From positions 2,592,001 through 2,656,000 of the forward strand of contig OZ244720.1 in NCBI GenBank assembly GCA_965219085.1: a DNA stretch of 64,000 bases, written 5' to 3'. The notes beneath the pieces were generated by a model. It saw only the letters and a program-made list of their open reading frames with translations, had not been told where the DNA came from and ran no database searches. Every line of letters starts with the position of its first letter. The stretch's first letter is position 1. Both the position numbers and the translations under genes were made by a program. Source of the stretch: Dehalococcoidia bacterium (lineage in GTDB: Bacteria > Chloroflexota > Dehalococcoidia > UBA2979). Positions 1 to 9,531 of the stretch are shown here, piece by piece.

Positions 1-175
1 GCTCCCCGTCGCCTGCCTGAGAAGCGCGGGTCGCGTGTTCGAGCAGGATCGCGGCGATGCGGCGCAGGCGCGCCTCAGCGTCGGGAGTGGGCCGGTACTC
101 GACGGCGACCACGCGCGGCTCAGGGCCACCGGGGTGGCTGCTCCTCGTGCGCTCCCGCCGCTTCGCCGATTTCAT
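1..175 (-). CDS. Small hypothetical protein, 3' end off window (MKSAKRRER...VEYRPTPDAEARLRRIAAILLEH)
   Basis: Manual translation from ATG at 175, open to the window edge; amphipathic helix; not in ORF track. Confidence 0.5.
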   Translation of the reverse strand, partial: MKSAKRRERTRSSHPGGPEPRVVAVEYRPTPDAEARLRRIAAILLEHATRASQAGDGE

Positions 176-297
176 CTCGTCCGACCTCGTACGCCCGCTC
201 CACGGGCAAAGCGTGATGGGCTGGAGCGCCGGGCGTAATCCCATGAAAGGGACTGCACCGATGACATGTTTCGGCCTTCGCTCGCCCGTCGTACCGC

Positions 298-593
298 CCG
301 TCGCCTCCCGTTATTGGTGCTGCTGACGGCCATCGAGTGTGCGGGGGCGGGCGTGGCGGCGGAATGCCCTATAGGGGAGGGCGCGCGTGGCCCCGCCCCC
401 ATGGAGCGGGCGCAGCCGGGGCCGACGGGTGTCATGGGCGTGTACAGGGAAAAGACGTGAGTTCCGAGAGAGGGAAGTCCCAGAAAACGCAGGCAGGTCA
501 AGGGGAAACGCCTCTACAGGACGCGTCGGGCAGAAATTCGGGAGGAAGCGCGTATTCCACCCGAAGACGCGGAAAGTTCCGTCGGAGGGAAGT
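298..593 (+). promoter_or_regulatory. Conserved non-coding block, copy 1 (oriT/operator-like)
   Basis: Colinear similarity to the reverse complement of 35163-35460; TTCC-N7-GGAA palindromes at 462-476 and 577-591; CTACAGGA motif. Confidence 0.65.
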
Positions 594-922
594 CGGAAAT
601 GACCATCAGGTGCGCGACATCCATGGCCTCGCCCGAGGATGCGGCGGCGATGGTCGGGGCGTCGCCGTCGGGGTCGCCGAACACACCCGGCGAGGACACG
701 CGCCGCGTCGCTCCCGCCCCGGGCGACCGCCGTGGCGTCGTTCCGTCCCGCCCCAGGCATGGGGCGCAGCCCCTTGCGAGCGGACTTCGCGCGTGAAGCC
801 CCCCTGTGAGGGATGGTCGCGCCGTCCCCCGACTCCGACGCTGGAAGCGGCTAGACACCCACCCTGCGGCCCGCAGGGCGGCAAAACGGGCGGGCGTTGC
901 GCCCGCCGGGAGATGGACCAGC

Positions 923-1105
923 GTGAAGACCCAGCGAGCGCTGAGCGACGAGCAGGAACGGCTCCGCATCGAGGGCCTGCGCATCCTTGCGCGCATCATC
1001 GCTCGTCGCGTGCTCGCTCAGCCCCGCCCTCCTGCCGACCCAACGTCAGGGACGCGGACGGACGGGACGCAACGCGAGCGCATCCGCCTCGACCGCGGCG
1101 CGTGA
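923..1105 (+). CDS. Small helical protein (LSDEQERLRIEGLRILARII), paralog of 47932..48138
   Basis: GTG start in ORF 806..1105; shares the EQ..RL.GLR.LAR.I motif with the small gene divergent from the integrase. Confidence 0.6.
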   Translation: MKTQRALSDEQERLRIEGLRILARIIARRVLAQPRPPADPTSGTRTDGTQRERIRLDRGA

Positions 1106-1242
1106 GCCTCCCCCACGGCCAGCGGAGGCGCCGTTCCGCGCCAGCGCACGGGGCGAGGCTGGCGGAGCCTGCGATGCGCACCACTCCGTAGCCACTAGCG
1201 GGAACGGCTCCGTATCATCTCGCGGAGACTCCAGGGGGCGCT

Positions 1243-4200
1243 GTGGTGGCCACGGTCGACGGCACAGGCGACGCGAACAGGGACGCTCGCGTGGGGAGCG
1301 AGCCCGAAGGCGCGGACGGGACTACCGGCGATCCAATCGCGAGCCGGATCGGCGAGTGGCAGACGCGACTGCTCCAGCTCAACCGTCGGAACAACCTGCT
1401 CTATTTCAAGCCCGGGCGTAGCGCGGTCGGGATCACAGGCCTTGGTCCCGACGAACTCTATGATCGGCTCCGCCGGTCGCGGCGCGGCCTCGAGTTCCCA
1501 TACGCGCCACCGCCGAGACGACGCGGCCGGTTCGCTCAGGAAGACGAGCCCGAAGAGGAGCCCGCCGCCCCTGTCAGTTCCCGAGCTGACCTGGCGACGG
1601 ACTGCGAAGTGGTCGACTTGCAGCGGAGACTCCGCAATCTCCGCCGCCGCGACCGCGAATGGGAAGAGGAGCAGGGCCTTAACGTACTCTTCCTCGCCGT
1701 CGGATTCCTCGATTGGATTGACGCCGACGGCGAGCCGGCGCGCTCGCCGCTGGTGTTGATTCCGTGCGACCTCGAACGTGCATCGCCACGCGACCCGTTC
1801 CGCCTGCGAGCCGAGGACGACGATCCGGTAGTGAACCCCACCCTGAGCCACCAGCTTTCGATCCTGGGCGTTGACCTGCCCGCACTCGGCGGCGACTCCT
1901 CCGAGGACGAATCGCTCGACGCGTATATCGCCGCGGTCGGCGACCTCATAGGAAGTCGAGCGGACTGGGCGGTCGATGGCGGCATCGCGCTCGGCGCATT
2001 CTCGTACTCGAAGCTCGCGATGTACCAGGACCTGGAGCGGATGTTGCGTCACGGCGTCCGGAGTGACCTCACGCAACTGCTCGCCTCCGGTGGCGCCGCC
2101 CGAATCGAGCGGGCAACGGCGAGTGGCACGGCACCTGCGGCGGTGCGTGGAGAAGACCTCGCCGGCGGCCGACTGGACGACCTGCTGGATATCCGCGATC
2201 AGTACGCAGTGCTCCCGACCGACTTCAGCCAGCTGGGCGCGCTCGATCAGGCGCGCGAGGGCGGACACCTGGTCATCCACGGTCCGCCGGGCACGGGCAA
2301 GAGCCAGACGATCGCGAACCTGATCGCGACGCTCCTCGCCGACGGAAAGCGCGTCCTCTTCGTAAGCGAGAAGACGGCCGCCCTCGATGTCGTGAAGCAG
2401 CGGCTGGAGGAGTGCGAGCTCGGGGTGTTCTGCTTCGACCTGCACAGTGACCGGGGTAGGAAGAGCGAGGTCTACGCGCAGTTGCGGGAATCCGTCAACA
2501 ACCCCCGCGCGCGCATCGCCGCCGGTGTGTCCGCAGACGAACTGAAGGAGCAACGGGACCGCCTCAACCGTGTCGTGCGCAGGCTCCACGAGCGCCGGCA
2601 ACCGCTGGGGCTGTCGGTGTACGAGGTGCAGGGCCGCTTCGCAGGACTCCGTCACCTTCCCCGGTTCGAGGCGCTCAAGGCACCATCGGTCGCGGATCTG
2701 GAGCAGGAGTGGATTCGTCAGGCCGAGGCCGATGCTGGCCGGATCGCGCGGCGGCCCGCAGAGTTTCTAAGCCATGACGCCAGCCTGTGGATGCCGCTCC
2801 GAACGCCACAGCGCTCGCTACAGCTCGCGGACCTGATCCGGCACGACATGGCGGACGTACTACAAGCCGTTGAGGAGTTCCGAGCGGCCGCCCAGCCGCA
2901 CGCGGAGTGGCTCGGCGTGCGGGCGATCGGGTCCGCGGAGGATGCGCGAGCCGTGGCGCGACTGTTCGAGCTGCTCGCAGAGGCCCCGGCCGTCCCCGGT
3001 GCATGGCTCGAGCCGGGCACTGTGCCGCGTCTGCGCCGGTTGTCGCGAGAGCAGGCCGAGCAGCAGCGCGAACGCCGCCGCCTTGAAGGGGTGCTGTCGG
3101 ACGCGCTCGGTACTGAACCACCATCTATCGACTACCGCGCCGTACTGAGCCGCATACCTCTCTCGCCTGGAGATCAGGAGGCCCTCGAGGCGACGGCGGG
3201 GCGCGGCTGGCGCAGCGCCCTCGCTACCGATCCGTCGGCGCTGTTGGATGAGGCGAGCGACCTTGCCGCGGCACTCGACCGGCTGGCGGCCGGCGCCGCG
3301 GCGATCGCCGAGCCGCTCGGGAACCCGGAACTGCGCACCCTGAGCCGGATTGATCATGCAGCCGGCCTGGCGCAGCGCGTCCTCGGCTTTGATCCCGTCC
3401 CGCAACACTGGCTCACGGCCGCCGCTATCGATGAGCTGGAGGAGGAAGTCGCACAGGCGCGGTCGCTGCTCGACCAGCTCAGTAGTGAGGAGGATGCGCT
3501 CAGGGCGGACTTCTCCGACGGCCTGGTCGAGCTCGTGGATGAGGAGATGCTTGTCCGCTACCGCACGGATCACCAGAGCTTCTGGCGACGTCTCTTCCGT
3601 GGGGAGTACCGGAGTGACCAGCGCGTGCTGAGAGGCCAACTCGCGGCCCCGCGCAAGCTCTCGCCCGTCGAGTCGCTCACCGCGGTCGAGCGCGCCCTCA
3701 ACGTGCAGCGGCTGCGCGCCCGCTGGAGCGAGATCGAGTCGGAGTTGAGCGAGACTCTGGGGGCGCGCTTCCGTGGACGCGAGACGCAGTGGGAGCGAGT
3801 TGGCGAGGATTCCCGGTTGCTGCGCGGGGTGCTCACCGACTGGCGCGGAGAACCCTCCATCCTCCGCGAATTGACTGCCGCCGGAACGGACGGCGAACGG
3901 CGCCACGAGCTCGAATTGGCAACCGAGCCGCTCAACGATGCCCTCGCTCGGTACCGCAGGGCCGTGGAGGCGATCGGCCATGAGCCACTCGGCGATGCGC
4001 AACTGGACGTGGCAGCCACGGGGGAGGCGGTTCGACGGGCGTTGGAGCCGCTGCACCGCATCCGGGACGCAACGGCGGAACTCTTCCGCAGTCTCGTGAA
4101 GCCGCTCGCCGACTACTACGCGCTGATGGGACTTGTCGAGAGCGGCGTGAGGCTCATGGCGATACGTGACGAGGACGAACGCCTGGCACCGGCACTTGCG

Positions 4201-6945
4201 TCTGACTTCGGCACCCTCTTCGCGCACGAGACGACCGACTGGGCAGCTGTGTCGAGAGCGCTCGATTGGACCGAGGGGTTCCTTCGCGCAGCCAACGGGC
4301 GGGTGAGCGACACGCTGCGCCAGCACGTCACCGACCCGCAGGGGGATGGGGAGTACACGGCGCGCGCTCACATCCTCATCGAGGCTTGCGGTCACTATGG
4401 GGAGGCTCTGCGCAGGCTCGATCAACGCTTCGACATCGCCGCTACGGACTGGGCCTCGTGGGATGCGCCTTCCCTTCGCGACATCGAGGCGTGGGCCGCA
4501 GGTCTCCGCGAGAACGCAGGCGACGCACCGGCGTGGGTCGAGTACCGGGACGCAGTGCGTGGGTTCGACGCGCGCTTCGGCGAGGGAGCGGCAACCGCCG
4601 TGCGCTCGCTGACCGAGTCAGCGGCGGATGTGCCGGGCATCGTCGCGCGGCGCGTCTACGAAGCGTGGCTGGACGAGTTGTATGCCGCCGCGCCCGAGCT
4701 CGGCGAGTTCAACCGGGTCGACCACGAGGAGGTCCGCGCACGCTTCCGGGAGCTGGACGAGCAGTTTCCGACGGCGGCGCGTCAGCGGGTACGCGAGCTC
4801 GCATTCGGGAGGTATCCGGAGCAGCACGCGACACCCCTCCAGGCTGGCCAGCTTGGCCTGCTCACCGGCGAACTCTCGAAGCGGCGTCGGCAGATGTCCG
4901 TCCGCCGCCTGATAGCGAGAGTCCCGAACGTGCTACAGGCGCTGAAGCCATGCTTCTTGATGAGTCCCCTCGCGGTCAGTCAGTACCTACCCGACGGCCC
5001 GCTGGAGAGCGATCATCTCGCCTTCGACGTGGTGATCTTCGACGAGGCGTCTCAGGTGCTGCCCGAGGACGCGATCCCGGCCATCGAGCGCGCGCGCCAG
5101 GTGATCGTCGTTGGCGATCGCCTCCAGCTCCCGCCCACGGCGTTCTTCCAAGGTGGCGTCGGTGACGACGACGACAACCTGGACGACGACGATGACAGGC
5201 CCGCCGACGCCTTTGAGGGTCGTGAGAGCATCCTCGACGTCATGGTGGGACAGGTTGGCCCGGGCATCGCCGAGCGGTACCTGTCCGTGCACTACCGCAG
5301 CCGCTGCGAGAGTCTCATTCGCTTCTCGAACCACGCCTTCTACGACAACCGGCTGCTGACATTCCCCGGTCCGGACCCCGACGCCCCGTGCGTGCGTGAT
5401 GTCTACCTGCCGGACGCGACCTACGACGCCGGCGGAAGCCGCCAGAACCGCCTTGAGGCCGAGCGTGTCGCCGACATAGTGTTCGAGTTGATGGAGACGC
5501 TTCCTGACGGTGACAGCGTCGGGGTTGTCGCTCTCTCGCGCGCGCAGGCCGAGCTGATTGAGAACCTGATCGAGCAGGGTCGGCTGATCCGCCGCCATCT
5601 CGACGCACGGTTCAGCGAAGATGTCCGGGAGCGCTTCTTCGTCAAGAACCTGGAGAACGTCCAGGGCGACGAGCGCGACCACATGATCCTGTCGATTGGC
5701 TACGGTCGTACCCCTGCGGGTGCCGTACGGAACAATTTCGGACCGATCAACAACGAAGGTGGCGAGCGCAGGCTGAACGTGGCGGTCACGCGCGCCCGCA
5801 AGTCGATGACCGTCGTCCATGCCCTCCGCCCCGAGGACATCACGTCCACCACGCCCGGCGCCCAGCAGCTGCGCCGCTACCTTGAATACGCGCGCAACCC
5901 GCTCACCGCACTCGACGCCACAGTCACGGGCACGGGCGAACCGGAGAGCCCCTTCGAGGAGGCTGTACTTGCCGCACTGCGCGGCCGCGGGCATCGCGTT
6001 CATGCACAGGTAGGTGTCTCCGGGTATCGGATCGACCTTGCGATCCTGTCGCAGGATGGCGCCGGGTACGACCTCGGAATCGAGTGTGACGGAGCCACCT
6101 ACCACCGCTCGCCCGCCGCTCGGGACCGCGACTGGCTAAGGCAGAAGGTGCTTGAGGGCCTCCACTGGCGCATCCACCGGGTGTGGTCGACCGCATGGAT
6201 CCGGGACCAGGAGTCCGAGATCGCAGCCATCGAGGAAGCGCTCGAACGAGCGCGGGCGGGCGTAGCTGCCGAGCCTCACCCGCCGCCGGCCGCGGACACT
6301 GCGAACGATGTTCCCGAGGAGGCCGCCCCCGCGCGCGGACCTGTCGGCGAGAGGGAACCGGCTATAGAAGCCAGAGCGATCGACGGCCCTGCCCCGATAG
6401 AGACCGAGCTGTTCTTCGATGACTATCGCCGCTCCTACGGCGAACTCTGGGACGGCGACGCGCTCGACATCCCGTTGGCCGCGCTGGCGGCACGGGTCCG
6501 CCATCTCGTCGAGGTCGAACAGCCCGTCCACATCGATGCGGTCGTCGACGGGCTGCGTGTCGTCCTCGGCGTCAGACGGGTCGGTGCACGAATCCGCGCT
6601 CACATTGAGCGCGCGATCTCCACCGCGATCTCGGGCAACGCCCTGTCCCGGGACGGCGAGTTTCTCCAGGTTGCCGAGGAGGCTGGCACTGCGCCGCGTC
6701 CGAGGTACGACCCGGACCGCCCCATCGGACGAGTCGCCGACTCCGAGCTCGACGAGGGCCTGCTGCTCGTCGCTCGTCGCACCTTCGGCGCCTCGTCGTC
6801 GGACCTCGTTCGCGAGACGGCTCGCCAATTCGGCTGGCGCCGTACCGGGCACGACATCAGGGACCGGCTGAACGAACGGATCGACTCACTCCTTGAGAGC
6901 GAGCGGCTGCGTCGGCGAGGTGACACGCTCATCGCTCCGGAGTGA
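1243..6945 (+). CDS. DUF4011 - SF1 (UPF1-like) helicase - Vsr/MTES_1575-like endonuclease - DUF3320 protein; Hhe-type anti-phage defence candidate
   Basis: WQTRLLQLNRRNNLL N-terminus; HGPPGTGKSQT, DEASQ, VQGDERD, RRLNVAVTRAR helicase motifs; ESPFE...GYRIDL...IECDGATYH nuclease motif. Confidence 0.9.
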   Translation: MVATVDGTGDANRDARVGSEPEGADGTTGDPIASRIGEWQTRLLQLNRRNNLLYFKPGRSAVGITGLGPDELYDRLRRSRRGLEFPYAPPPRRRGRFAQEDEPEEEPAAPVSSRADLATDCEVVDLQRRLRNLRRRDREWEEEQGLNVLFLAVGFLDWIDADGEPARSPLVLIPCDLERASPRDPFRLRAEDDDPVVNPTLSHQLSILGVDLPALGGDSSEDESLDAYIAAVGDLIGSRADWAVDGGIALGAFSYSKLAMYQDLERMLRHGVRSDLTQLLASGGAARIERATASGTAPAAVRGEDLAGGRLDDLLDIRDQYAVLPTDFSQLGALDQAREGGHLVIHGPPGTGKSQTIANLIATLLADGKRVLFVSEKTAALDVVKQRLEECELGVFCFDLHSDRGRKSEVYAQLRESVNNPRARIAAGVSADELKEQRDRLNRVVRRLHERRQPLGLSVYEVQGRFAGLRHLPRFEALKAPSVADLEQEWIRQAEADAGRIARRPAEFLSHDASLWMPLRTPQRSLQLADLIRHDMADVLQAVEEFRAAAQPHAEWLGVRAIGSAEDARAVARLFELLAEAPAVPGAWLEPGTVPRLRRLSREQAEQQRERRRLEGVLSDALGTEPPSIDYRAVLSRIPLSPGDQEALEATAGRGWRSALATDPSALLDEASDLAAALDRLAAGAAAIAEPLGNPELRTLSRIDHAAGLAQRVLGFDPVPQHWLTAAAIDELEEEVAQARSLLDQLSSEEDALRADFSDGLVELVDEEMLVRYRTDHQSFWRRLFRGEYRSDQRVLRGQLAAPRKLSPVESLTAVERALNVQRLRARWSEIESELSETLGARFRGRETQWERVGEDSRLLRGVLTDWRGEPSILRELTAAGTDGERRHELELATEPLNDALARYRRAVEAIGHEPLGDAQLDVAATGEAVRRALEPLHRIRDATAELFRSLVKPLADYYALMGLVESGVRLMAIRDEDERLAPALASDFGTLFAHETTDWAAVSRALDWTEGFLRAANGRVSDTLRQHVTDPQGDGEYTARAHILIEACGHYGEALRRLDQRFDIAATDWASWDAPSLRDIEAWAAGLRENAGDAPAWVEYRDAVRGFDARFGEGAATAVRSLTESAADVPGIVARRVYEAWLDELYAAAPELGEFNRVDHEEVRARFRELDEQFPTAARQRVRELAFGRYPEQHATPLQAGQLGLLTGELSKRRRQMSVRRLIARVPNVLQALKPCFLMSPLAVSQYLPDGPLESDHLAFDVVIFDEASQVLPEDAIPAIERARQVIVVGDRLQLPPTAFFQGGVGDDDDNLDDDDDRPADAFEGRESILDVMVGQVGPGIAERYLSVHYRSRCESLIRFSNHAFYDNRLLTFPGPDPDAPCVRDVYLPDATYDAGGSRQNRLEAERVADIVFELMETLPDGDSVGVVALSRAQAELIENLIEQGRLIRRHLDARFSEDVRERFFVKNLENVQGDERDHMILSIGYGRTPAGAVRNNFGPINNEGGERRLNVAVTRARKSMTVVHALRPEDITSTTPGAQQLRRYLEYARNPLTALDATVTGTGEPESPFEEAVLAALRGRGHRVHAQVGVSGYRIDLAILSQDGAGYDLGIECDGATYHRSPAARDRDWLRQKVLEGLHWRIHRVWSTAWIRDQESEIAAIEEALERARAGVAAEPHPPPAADTANDVPEEAAPARGPVGEREPAIEARAIDGPAPIETELFFDDYRRSYGELWDGDALDIPLAALAARVRHLVEVEQPVHIDAVVDGLRVVLGVRRVGARIRAHIERAISTAISGNALSRDGEFLQVAEEAGTAPRPRYDPDRPIGRVADSELDEGLLLVARRTFGASSSDLVRETARQFGWRRTGHDIRDRLNERIDSLLESERLRRRGDTLIAPE

Positions 6946-7313
6946 GACGCGGGCGGAGCGACCGTCGCGCGAATGCGAACGTCGAGAACGGCCCTTCCGG
7001 CAGTTGCTCGCGGACGGAACGCGCGGCAGCGTCAAGGGTTGTCGGTTTCGACACGGTCCTCTGCGAAGAACGTCGCGGCCTCACTCCGCTACAGGAGGCC
7101 CGTGAACCGGCTGAACCGGTTTTGCACCATGTGGCGCGAAACGGGCTGTTTGGGGCAGACAGACGCTGTAGAGAGAAGAACGTAGGTCAGACTGCCCCAC
7201 GGACACCACGAAAGTACTGCGAACACTGGGCTCTTCATGGGGCAGCGTGCACGACAGGCTGTCGCGGGAGAGCCCCCTACAGGAAGTGCTACGCCCGGCC
7301 TTGTGACACTTTG

Positions 7314-9266
7314 TCACCCCGTGGCGAGGAAGTGCGGGCGACGGCGTTCGGGTGCAGCCGGAGCCGGCAACCGCCAGGCTGCACCGAGGGGACCGTCGAA
7401 GCCAATCGACTCGACGGTGGCGCTCGCCAGCGGCGCCTCGGGCATGTCCGAGGCGGTGCGCAGGAAGGCCTCCTCCGCGTGCTCCGTCTCGAACACGAAC
7501 AACACCATGGGCGGCCGTCCCTCGTGGTCGAGCCGCGCCCGTCCGCTCGCGAAGTAGCGGCGGTACGAAGCCAGCCGCTCGGGCAGCCGCTTCGGCGTCG
7601 TCGCCCGCCGTTCGTACTCGAGCAGGTACCACGTCCACTCATCCTTGTAGCCGAGCTGGAACGAGGCGTCGGGATGGATCACGTAGCCCGTGTCGCGATG
7701 CGGGTAGGCGATCTGCGAGCGGTGCGTGGGCAGCAGGTCCAGCAACTTATGGTCGCGGGAGGAGGCGGCGTCGAGGGCGAGCAGCGAGACGAGCTCCGCC
7801 AGCCCCCGCTGGTGCTCGCCCTGCGAGGCGAGGGCGCGCAGCGCGCTCCCGATGTAGATGCAGCCGTCGCGCTGCGGCGTCCAGCGGTCGAGGACCGGTC
7901 CCACGGCCGCCCGGTCGCGCCGCGCGAGGGCGCTCAGGCCCTCGTCCGTGAGCACCAGCGCGTCCCCGTCGCTGCGCACGAGACCGCGCCTGCGCAGCGG
8001 GCGCAGCACCTGGTTCACGCGCCGCGCGCTCACCCCGCCCATGAGGTTGGCGAGTTGCTCCGTCGTGCAGAGCGGCCAAGCCGCGAGCAGGTCCAGCGCC
8101 TGTTTCCCGGCGGCCGTCAGCTGCAGCGCGAGCGCGTCCCCGAACGCATCGTCGCCGCTGGGCGGTGTCGCCCGCACGCCGCCGGCGGAGAGCCAGGCCC
8201 AGTGTCGTTTCGGCAGCACCCCGTGCACGGGGTGCTCCGCCTCGCGTCCGGCCAGGTCGACCAGCCATGCCAGGCTCGTGTCGGGGGCGATGACCGGTGT
8301 GTTCCCGCGACCGTAGCGAGCCGGTTGCCAGACGCGCGCCCACGCGCCGCCGCCGACCACGGCGCCCAGCGTCGCCACCGCGCTGTGGTGGAAGCCCGAG
8401 GGCTCCCCCAACGCGCGCACGGCGCGGCGCGTGTCCTGGTCGGAGTCGGTCGCGACCAGCGTGACGTGAGGAAGCTCCTGCACGCCCATCCGCTCGATCG
8501 TGCGGATGCGGTAGCGCAGGCTGGCGGCGCTCAGGTGCGGCCCCTGCCGCACGACGCCCAGCGTGCGGCCCCCGGAGAGCGTGACGAGCGCGTCGTACGG
8601 CCCCCGGCGGCAGTGCTCGACGCGCACGGGGTCCTGCTCGGGGTCGGCGTCTGCGATCATCGCGGCCAGCTCGTAGACGAGCGCCACGCCGTCGAGGCGC
8701 TCGGCGAGCAGCCGCAACCACTGGCGGGAGACGGGATAGCGGCGCAGCAGGTCGTCGTCGCCAAGGGCCGCGATGCCCGCCGGGGTCGGGACGTAGCGCC
8801 GCAGCGGACGGCCGCTCAGCATCGCCAGGCGGTGCGGATGCGCCTCGGTCAGGCCCAGCCTGCGCAGCTTCGCCAGTCGCTCGCGCAGCGTGGAGGCGGG
8901 CACGCGCTTGATGCGCGAGAGGTCCTCTACGCTCGCGAAGGGCGTCTCGCAGACGAGCAGGAGGGTCTCCGACAGGGCGCGCGTCAGGCGCGGCGTGCGG
9001 GGGCGCTCACGCGGTGCCGGGCGCGAATCGCCCCTGAGTGCGCGCCGCGCCGCAGCGAGCTTGCCGGGGGTGTCGCCGGCCTTGCTCATCACCGCGCGCG
9101 GCAGCGCGCGACCCGGCTGGCCGCGCTCGAGGAAACGCCACAGCGTGTGGCGCGAGACGCCGAACGCCTCAGCCGTGTGGGCGTGCCCGTGCTTCCACGC
9201 ATGGGCGCGGAGATAGCTCCTGATCTCGCCGGTCAGCTTGCTGTCGGGAGCGCCGCTTGTTGCCAC
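7314..9266 (-). CDS. Replic_Relax (MOBC-like, PD-(D/E)XK) relaxase with extra N-terminal HTH
   Basis: HPDASF...LLEYERRATTPKRLPERLASY motif; GTG at 9266 after GAGGA; full-length similarity to 44536..46146. Confidence 0.8.
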   Translation of the reverse strand: MATSGAPDSKLTGEIRSYLRAHAWKHGHAHTAEAFGVSRHTLWRFLERGQPGRALPRAVMSKAGDTPGKLAAARRALRGDSRPAPRERPRTPRLTRALSETLLLVCETPFASVEDLSRIKRVPASTLRERLAKLRRLGLTEAHPHRLAMLSGRPLRRYVPTPAGIAALGDDDLLRRYPVSRQWLRLLAERLDGVALVYELAAMIADADPEQDPVRVEHCRRGPYDALVTLSGGRTLGVVRQGPHLSAASLRYRIRTIERMGVQELPHVTLVATDSDQDTRRAVRALGEPSGFHHSAVATLGAVVGGGAWARVWQPARYGRGNTPVIAPDTSLAWLVDLAGREAEHPVHGVLPKRHWAWLSAGGVRATPPSGDDAFGDALALQLTAAGKQALDLLAAWPLCTTEQLANLMGGVSARRVNQVLRPLRRRGLVRSDGDALVLTDEGLSALARRDRAAVGPVLDRWTPQRDGCIYIGSALRALASQGEHQRGLAELVSLLALDAASSRDHKLLDLLPTHRSQIAYPHRDTGYVIHPDASFQLGYKDEWTWYLLEYERRATTPKRLPERLASYRRYFASGRARLDHEGRPPMVLFVFETEHAEEAFLRTASDMPEAPLASATVESIGFDGPLGAAWRLPAPAAPERRRPHFLATG

Positions 9267-9399
9267 TCGCTGTCCTCTTCGATGGCCGCGGAAGCGTTGC
9301 AACACGTCGGGGAAGGCGCGCACGTGTTGATCCGTGGCGGGCGCGTCGGTCGCGGCGCGCAGTCCTCGTCCAGCTTGCGATCAGGACGTACGTTCGTCA

Positions 9400-9531
9400 A
9401 CGCACCACGACGGCGAGTTCGTGCCGCTGATCCCGGGCGCGCCCAAGTTCGTGAACCGGCCCTTCCACGAGCTGTTCCCGCACGGCGTTCCGCCCCTCAC
9501 GCCGCTGGTCGCCGCAAGCGACGGGCGGTAG
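9400..9531 (+). pseudogene. Orphan 3' fragment of a giant surface-protein gene (C-terminal repeat only)
   Basis: HDGEFVPLIPGAPKFVNRPFHELFPHGVPPLTPLVA versus HDGEFVSYILGAPAFVNREFRELFADGLPAVTPLVA at the end of 11191..24711. Confidence 0.75.

Noticed and set aside
337-1191. Protein-coding reading of the conserved block (similar translation to the 5' extension of 34278..35444)
   Set aside because: Conserved parts are palindromes and hairpin arms, and a good RBS marks ATG 35147 as the start; not fully excluded without a codon-substitution test
9400-9531. Diversity-generating retroelement template repeat for the giant gene's C-terminus
   Set aside because: Mismatches with 24574-24700 are not adenine-specific and no reverse transcriptase is present in the window
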